Positions 58,477 through 64,000 of a DNA stretch of 64,000 nt are shown one piece after another. Position numbers and translations under genes: made by a program. Each line of letters starts with the position of its first letter. The stretch's first letter is position 1. This stretch comes from Chloroflexota bacterium. Its GTDB lineage: Bacteria > Chloroflexota > Dehalococcoidia > Lucifugimonadales > JADFKI01. The notes under the pieces were generated by a model, which searched no databases, was not told where the DNA came from, and saw nothing but the letters and a program-made list of their open reading frames with translations. Location: NCBI GenBank assembly GCA_027623195.1, contig JAQBUT010000002.1, positions 64,001 through 128,000 on the forward strand. Direction: 5' to 3'.

Positions 58477-59520
58477 ATGAAGTTCGCCTTGTTTACGCAT
58501 GTGCCTTGGCCTGAGGGATACGAACCGGCGAAGATTCTGGCAGAGACTACCGAGCAGATTCAGTACGGCGAGGAACTGGGCTTCCACAGCGCCTGGTTTG
58601 CGGAGCACCACTTCTCGCGCTACAGCATGGGCTCGTCGTCGCTGGTCATAGCTGCTGCTATTGCGGCAGCAACAAAGCGTATTCGTTTGGGCACTGCCGT
58701 GCTGGTCCCGACTCTGCATAACCCGATACGTCTGGCCGAGGACGCCGCGACAGTAGACGCCATCAGCAACGGTCGTCTGGACCTGGGCTTCGGTCGTGGC
58801 AGCGGCGGTTACGAGTACGGGGGCTTCAACGTAAGTCGGGAGGAGAGCCAGGCCCACTTTCAGGAGAGTGTGCGCATAGTGGAGGGACTTTTCACCACAA
58901 CCGAGTTCTCATATGCCGGACAGTTCTACCAGTTAAACAAGATAAACCTGGTGCCGCCGGTTACGCAGAAGCCTCACCCGCCCATGTACGTCGCAGCGTC
59001 GTTTACGCAGGAGACTTTGGACTTCGCCGTGTCGACGGGCCACAAACTGGCGTTGGCCGTAGTGCAGGACACCGAGCAGTCCCTGGACCTGTGCAAGCGC
59101 TTCGTGAAGATGTCGGCCGAGGCGGGCCACAACATACCCATGTCGGAGATACCGTTCTTTCGCTACTTCTACGTGGCCGAGACCGAGGAGCAGGCGCGTG
59201 AGGATACGGAGTCTCATATCAACTGGATTCTAGATATCATGCAGTGGCGGCGCATCTTCGACAAGGGCAGCAGCGAAGTGCCTTACAGCATCGAGGACTG
59301 GCGGCGCACTCGCACAGACGCGCCCTTGAGTTACGAATACATCAACGAGAATCGGGCATTCATCGGCACTCCCGAGCAGTGCGTCGTGAAGATTCAGCGG
59401 CTGCGGGACGAGGGCATCGAGTACTTCGGCTGCAACTTCCACTTCGGCGGCATCTCGCATGAAAAGGCCATGAAGTCCATGGAGCTTTTTTCGAAAGAGG
59501 TCATGCCGCAGCTCTTGTGA
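58477..59520 (+). CDS. Luciferase-like monooxygenase (LLM)
   Basis: WFAEHHF, RIRLGTAV, P.RLAED, SNGRLDLGFGRG, EVMP. Confidence 0.93.
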   Translation: MKFALFTHVPWPEGYEPAKILAETTEQIQYGEELGFHSAWFAEHHFSRYSMGSSSLVIAAAIAAATKRIRLGTAVLVPTLHNPIRLAEDAATVDAISNGRLDLGFGRGSGGYEYGGFNVSREESQAHFQESVRIVEGLFTTTEFSYAGQFYQLNKINLVPPVTQKPHPPMYVAASFTQETLDFAVSTGHKLALAVVQDTEQSLDLCKRFVKMSAEAGHNIPMSEIPFFRYFYVAETEEQAREDTESHINWILDIMQWRRIFDKGSSEVPYSIEDWRRTRTDAPLSYEYINENRAFIGTPEQCVVKIQRLRDEGIEYFGCNFHFGGISHEKAMKSMELFSKEVMPQLL

Positions 59521-59575
59521 GGAGTGGTGTGTGGCGTAATTGGTTTCGACGGTGGCTGTATCGATGGTTTAACTC

Positions 59576-59660
59576 TTCACCCTCACCTCAGTCCTCTCCC
59601 GTCCAGGGAGAGGAAGACGCCCCTTCCCCCTTGATGGGGGAAGGCTGGGATGGGGGTGAA
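59576..59660. repeat. REP-like composite palindrome between convergent genes
   Basis: Outer TTCACCCTCACCTCAG/CTGGGATGGGGGTGAA enclosing the CCTCTCCC/GGGAGAGG and CCTTCCCCC/GGGGGAAGG hairpins. Confidence 0.8.
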
Positions 59661-59739
59661 AGAATTGCCGATGACCAGCGTCGTAGTTTCGGGAAATGAC
59701 TGCAACGAAAGAAATGCGGGAGAGGCATGCTCGAGAATG

Positions 59740-60213
59740 CTACTCCCCGGTGCCCAATCCCAGAAAACGCGCGTGCACATCCTCGGCGTTCAGAACCACC
59801 TGTAGCTGGCCATCGGCGTCGGTCTCGAAAGACGAGTCCTTGTTAAATTCTTCGACCATAAGGCCAAGCGCCTTCTTCAAAGTAGCATCCGTCATTGCGC
59901 TTGCCGCGCTATGGGTCTCGGCCCCAATTGTCAGCATTACGGCGATCTCTTCCGCCAGTAACTCCCGTTGAACAACGGACTTCTGAATGTCGGCGATGGC
60001 CTCCATGCGGCCGGCCCCCAGGTAGCACCCGCCAAACGACAGAAGCTCAAAATTCTCGCCATCCAGCTCCACGTCGGACTGCCGCTTGGGTTCCAGGCCG
60101 TTGTCTGTCAGGTACTGACGAACGTGAGAGTCTTCGGCATGCGGCTTAGTCTGACTGAAGAAGATCTGCACGGTGTACATGTCCCATTCCTTGGGTTCAA
60201 CGCGAATGATCAT
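59740..60213 (-). CDS. Hypothetical protein
   Basis: RBS AAGGAG + ATG 60213 (MIIRVEPKEW...); 157 aa. Confidence 0.75.
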   Translation of the reverse strand: MIIRVEPKEWDMYTVQIFFSQTKPHAEDSHVRQYLTDNGLEPKRQSDVELDGENFELLSFGGCYLGAGRMEAIADIQKSVVQRELLAEEIAVMLTIGAETHSAASAMTDATLKKALGLMVEEFNKDSSFETDADGQLQVVLNAEDVHARFLGLGTGE

Positions 60214-60352
60214 TTGTTGGATGCTCCTTAGAGTCAGGTTAGCATCGGCGCGCGTTCGAAGTCCAGTTGTTTGCCTCAATAACCTTGTCCACCGATGCTC
60301 CCTGACATAACATTTGGAAAGCACCAAGCCGGTATACCTCAAAGGACAAATA

Positions 60353-62332
60353 ATGCCATTGCAGACCGCTCCATACGGCTCCTGGAAGTCTCCCATAACG
60401 TCAGAACTTATCGTCTCTGAGGCCATCAGCATAACATGCTTGGCCCTGGACGGCGACGACGTCTACTGGGTAGAGATGCGGCCTTCTGAAGGCGCCAGGA
60501 ACGTGGTGGTGCGTCGCACTCCGGACGGCAAGACGCAGGACGTCACTGGCACGCCGTACAACGTGCGCTCGCGTGTTCACGAGTACGGCGGTGGTGCGCT
60601 GACGGTGGCCGACGGCGTGGTGTACTTCTCGAACTTCGACGACCAGCGTCTGTATCGGCAGGAGGTCGGGGGCGAGGCCAGCCCGCTAACGCCCGAGATA
60701 GACATGCGCTACTCCGACGGCGACATAGACCGCCGACGCGGTGTCATGGTCTGCGTGCGCGAGGACCACACGTCGGCTTGGCAGGAGCCTGTGAACACAC
60801 TGGTCGCCATCGACCTGCGGCGCGGCGGCGGCAGTCGTGTGCTGGTATCCGGCAACAACTTTTACACTAGCCCGCGCATCAGTCCAGACGGCACGAAGCT
60901 TACCTGGCTTGCCTGGAATCATCCCAACATGCCTTGGGACGGCACTGAGCTTTGGGTCGCGGAACTGCTTCCTGATGGCGGCGTGGGCGAACGACAGCTT
61001 GTGGCCGGGGGCAGAGAAGAGTCTATATTTCAACCGGAGTGGTCGCCGGGCGGTACGCTGTACTTTGTCTCCGACCGCACTGCTTTCTGGAATATTTTTA
61101 GATATACGGGGGTAGGGCAAGCTAGTGAGGCAGAGGCTGCTGTGGAGCCGATGTGTCCGATGGAAGCGGAGTTTGGCCTGCCTCAGTGGGGACTGGGCGT
61201 CGGGACGTACGGTTTTGCGTCGGAGGAGCGCATCATCTGCGCATACAACCAGCAGGGAACCTGGCACATCGCCGACCTGGATACGCAAACCAAAACTCTT
61301 CAGAGGGTGCCCACGCCCTTTACTGACATAGGCCGCATGGGCTTGAAGGTTGGCTCAGGCAAAGTGGTATTCACCGCAGGGTCGCCTACGATGCGCATCG
61401 CCCTGATGCTGCACGATCTCAATGTCGGAAGCACGGAAGCCTTGCGCGCAACCAGTGAGTCAGCGGTGGATGACGGGTATATCTCGCAGCCTCAGGTAAT
61501 AGAGTTCCCCACCGAGAACGGCGTGACGGCCCACGCCTTTCACTATCTGCCAGCCAACCAGGACTTCCAAGCGCCCGAGGGCGAGAGGCCGCCGCTAATC
61601 GTGATTAGTCACGGCGGGCCGACAGGCGCTACGACCTCTACGCTAAGCCTGATGACCCAGTATTGGACCAGTCGAGGCTTCGCCGTCCTGGACGTAAACT
61701 ACGGGGGCAGCACCGGCTACGGCACGGCTTACCGACGACGGCTCAACGGCAACTGGGGCGTCGTCGACGTGGACGACTGCGTTAACGGAGCGAGGTATCT
61801 TGTGGAGCAGGGCCTGGCGGATGGCGAGCGGCTGGTCATTCGCGGCAGCAGCGCCGGCGGCTACACTACCTTGGCGGCGTTAACATTCCGGGACGCCTTC
61901 AAAGCAGGAGCCAGCCTGTATGGCATCTGCGACCTGACTGCGCTGGCGGAGGATACGCACAAGTTCGAGTCCCGTTACCTCGACACAATGATCGGGCCGT
62001 ACCCCGAGCGGGAAGACCTTTATGAGCAGCGTTCCCCTATCAATTACACAGACCAGTTGTCCTGCGCCCTCATCCTATTTCAGGGCTTGGACGACCAGAT
62101 TGTGCCGCCGAAGCAGGCGGAGGCCATGCTGGCCGCCGTGCGAGAGAAGGGTCTGCCCGTAGCTTACGTCCCCTTTGAGGGCGAGCAGCACGGCTTCCGC
62201 AAAGCTGAGAACATTCGCCGGGCTCTCGATAGTGAGCTTTACTTCTACTCCCGCGTGCTTGGCTTCGAGCTTCCCAACGACCTGGAGCCAGTGGAAATTG
62301 AGAATCTGCCGTCAGTGGGTAGGAGAGCTTAA
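60353..62332 (+). CDS. S9 family peptidase (acylaminoacyl/dipeptidyl peptidase-like)
   Basis: APYGSWKSP, HGGP, GSSAGG, QG.DD..V, EQHGF. Confidence 0.95.
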   Translation: MPLQTAPYGSWKSPITSELIVSEAISITCLALDGDDVYWVEMRPSEGARNVVVRRTPDGKTQDVTGTPYNVRSRVHEYGGGALTVADGVVYFSNFDDQRLYRQEVGGEASPLTPEIDMRYSDGDIDRRRGVMVCVREDHTSAWQEPVNTLVAIDLRRGGGSRVLVSGNNFYTSPRISPDGTKLTWLAWNHPNMPWDGTELWVAELLPDGGVGERQLVAGGREESIFQPEWSPGGTLYFVSDRTAFWNIFRYTGVGQASEAEAAVEPMCPMEAEFGLPQWGLGVGTYGFASEERIICAYNQQGTWHIADLDTQTKTLQRVPTPFTDIGRMGLKVGSGKVVFTAGSPTMRIALMLHDLNVGSTEALRATSESAVDDGYISQPQVIEFPTENGVTAHAFHYLPANQDFQAPEGERPPLIVISHGGPTGATTSTLSLMTQYWTSRGFAVLDVNYGGSTGYGTAYRRRLNGNWGVVDVDDCVNGARYLVEQGLADGERLVIRGSSAGGYTTLAALTFRDAFKAGASLYGICDLTALAEDTHKFESRYLDTMIGPYPEREDLYEQRSPINYTDQLSCALILFQGLDDQIVPPKQAEAMLAAVREKGLPVAYVPFEGEQHGFRKAENIRRALDSELYFYSRVLGFELPNDLEPVEIENLPSVGRRA

Positions 62333-62333
62333 G

Positions 62334-62894
62334 GTGTCTATAGTTCTGCTGATGGGCTTCGTCACCTTAATCTGGGTGGTGGAGATTTTGGACGGCTTTA
62401 CGGGTAACAGCCTGGACCAGTATGGCATCGTGCCTCGCAATATCCATGGCCTTGTGGGTATACCGCTGAGTCCGTTTCTTCATGGCGGGCTGGGCCACGT
62501 GCTTTCCAACACACTGCCCCTGTTAGTGCTGGGCGGCCTTGTTGCCCTTCGAGGCAGAGCAATTCTAGTAGGTCTAACCCTGTTTGTGACTTTTCTTGGT
62601 GGTCTGGGCATCTGGGTAATCGGTAGGCCTGGCGTCCATATTGGAGCCAGCATACTGGTGTTTGGTTTCTTTGGGTACCTGGTGGCGCGGGGCTGGTACG
62701 ACCGCAGCGTTCTATCTTTTGTAATCGCCGTAGTCGTTCTGATATTCTACGGCGGCCTCATCTTCGGCGCGCTACCTTCGCAGGGCTTTGTTTCCTGGGA
62801 AGGGCACCTGACGGGCATGCTGGCAGGCATTTTTTACGCACGGATTACTCGGAAGAGGCGGCTTCCGGCCCAGGATTCAGCAAAAGAGCCATAA
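62334..62894 (+). CDS. Rhomboid family intramembrane protease
   Basis: RBS AGGAG + GTG 62334; PFLHG...H..SN, HIGAS, SWEGHL. Confidence 0.9.
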   Translation: MSIVLLMGFVTLIWVVEILDGFTGNSLDQYGIVPRNIHGLVGIPLSPFLHGGLGHVLSNTLPLLVLGGLVALRGRAILVGLTLFVTFLGGLGIWVIGRPGVHIGASILVFGFFGYLVARGWYDRSVLSFVIAVVVLIFYGGLIFGALPSQGFVSWEGHLTGMLAGIFYARITRKRRLPAQDSAKEP

Positions 62895-63396
62895 GGTATT
62901 CGTCCAGGTACTCGCCATTAAACAGCATTGCTTTTGGCTCGGTGCCGTAGGTCTGAAAGCCCACGGACCGGTATAGACCGTATGCCGGAGTATTGACGCT
63001 GGTCACCGCAAGAAGTATCTGCTCCAGGCCCGGCAATGACTTTGCCTGCTCGATAGCCCTGCGGATTAACTCCCTGCCGATGCCATCCCCTTGAGCCTCG
63101 GCGGAGACGTACATGCCCCAGAAGTGGCCTTTGTGGCGCGTCTTCTCTCCAGAATCTCGGCGAAATCCCACCATGCCCCTGAACACCTCGTCGTGAAACA
63201 GGCCCATTATGAAGTCGTCGCGTGAACGCTCGGTACTGCGGAGCCGCTCCTGCACAGCCTCCAGCGGCGTGTCGCGCTGCGACTCGTAGGACTGGCCAAA
63301 GGCTTCGGGATGCTCCTTCAGCGCTTGCAAACGAAGTTCCTGATACGCAGGTGCGTCGACTTCCGTCAGTTGTCGATAGGCTATGGTGGGAGCCAT
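62845..63396 (-). CDS. GNAT family N-acetyltransferase
   Basis: LR..AL..HPEAF, GMYV...QGDGIG, N.PA..LY...GF. Confidence 0.9.
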   Translation of the reverse strand: MAPTIAYRQLTEVDAPAYQELRLQALKEHPEAFGQSYESQRDTPLEAVQERLRSTERSRDDFIMGLFHDEVFRGMVGFRRDSGEKTRHKGHFWGMYVSAEAQGDGIGRELIRRAIEQAKSLPGLEQILLAVTSVNTPAYGLYRSVGFQTYGTEPKAMLFNGEYLDEYLMALLLNPGPEAASSE

Positions 63397-63418
63397 TATT
63401 AATTTGCCTTGGGTAGGA

Positions 63419-64000
63419 CTACTTCCCCAGCTTCTTTGCCAGAGCGGCGCCGTGCTCCTTGGTCCAGTCGCTTATGATGCTGACGTCCCAGCCGATGCAG
63501 AAGTGTTTAACGCCCATCTCGATGTACTCTTCAGCGTCGCTGCTGTCCTTTAGCTCGATGCGAGGCGCTACGCCCATCTTCAACGCCGTCTCGATGATGT
63601 AGCGATCAGCCTCTTTGATGCGCGGGTCGTCCCACTGGTCAGGAATACCGATGCTCATGGAGTAGTCTGCCGGACCGAACTGCACCATGTCGATGCCGCC
63701 TATGGACAGGATCTCCTCCAGGTTCTGAACGGCTGATTCCTTTTCGATCATCAGGGCTACCACGGTGTCCTCAAGGGAGTCGATATATTCGGTCAGCGTG
63801 GCCTCGCCGTAGCCGCCGTCGCGTCTCATACCTACGCCTGCGCGCCCTCCCGCCCTTGGCGTATCGGCCCTGGAAGCTGAAACAGCCTCGCGGGCGTCGT
63901 CAGCAGTCCAAATGTCGGCGAACAGGAGGTTCTGAATCCCTGAGCCTACCGCTCGAACAGCCAGATAAGTACGGGGCTGCTGTTCAATTTTCATCATTGA
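63419..64000 (-). CDS. HpcH/HpaI aldolase family protein (5' part outside the window)
   Basis: MIEK..AV.NLEEI, QFGPADYSMSIG. Confidence 0.88.
   Translation of the reverse strand, partial: SMMKIEQQPRTYLAVRAVGSGIQNLLFADIWTADDAREAVSASRADTPRAGGRAGVGMRRDGGYGEATLTEYIDSLEDTVVALMIEKESAVQNLEEILSIGGIDMVQFGPADYSMSIGIPDQWDDPRIKEADRYIIETALKMGVAPRIELKDSSDAEEYIEMGVKHFCIGWDVSIISDWTKEHGAALAKKLGK

Noticed and set aside
59517..59699. 60-aa ORF containing SPSPQSSPVQGEE...PSPLMGEG
   Set aside because: This is the translation of the REP-like palindrome, not a credible gene.
60214..60432. N-terminal extension of the 59740..60432 ORF given by the track
   Set aside because: It overlaps the divergent S9 peptidase; a strong RBS supports ATG 60213.
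1..64000. CRISPR array, tRNA/rRNA, prophage, integrase or transposase
   Set aside because: No regularly spaced repeats, cloverleafs or mobile-element genes were seen by eye; a covariance-model scan was not possible.

Overview
Gene-dense, GC-rich bacterial chromosomal segment. Gene content (luciferase-like monooxygenases, a family III CoA-transferase pair, PIG-L deacetylases, a PAC2 protein, a small SWIM protein, rpsF-ssb-rpsR) suggests a Chloroflexota genome, probably Dehalococcoidia/SAR202-like; this is inference. I found no rRNA, tRNA, CRISPR array or transposase. Housekeeping genes (folC, fabF, hom, rpsF-ssb-rpsR) are interspersed with catabolic/redox enzymes and secreted proteins. Highlights: (1) two selenoprotein candidates truncated by the ORF track (AhpC/TSA-like W-U-P-Y-C and ArsC/Spx-like U-S-T-C), each with an RBS and a SECIS-like hairpin; (2) a stand-alone panD coupled to two SAM methyltransferases behind a ~340-nt structured leader, a candidate methylated-osmolyte pathway (e.g. 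beta-alanine betaine); (3) an orphan ATP synthase a + b/delta gene pair with no c subunit; (4) a 2703-aa hybrid kinase with 10 GAF domains; (5) an OLD-family ATPase with a degenerate TOPRIM site; (6) a cluster of three secreted proteins, two of which are paralogs sharing an identical 25-nt translation-initiation sequence; (7) three single-base lesions and REP-like palindromes.
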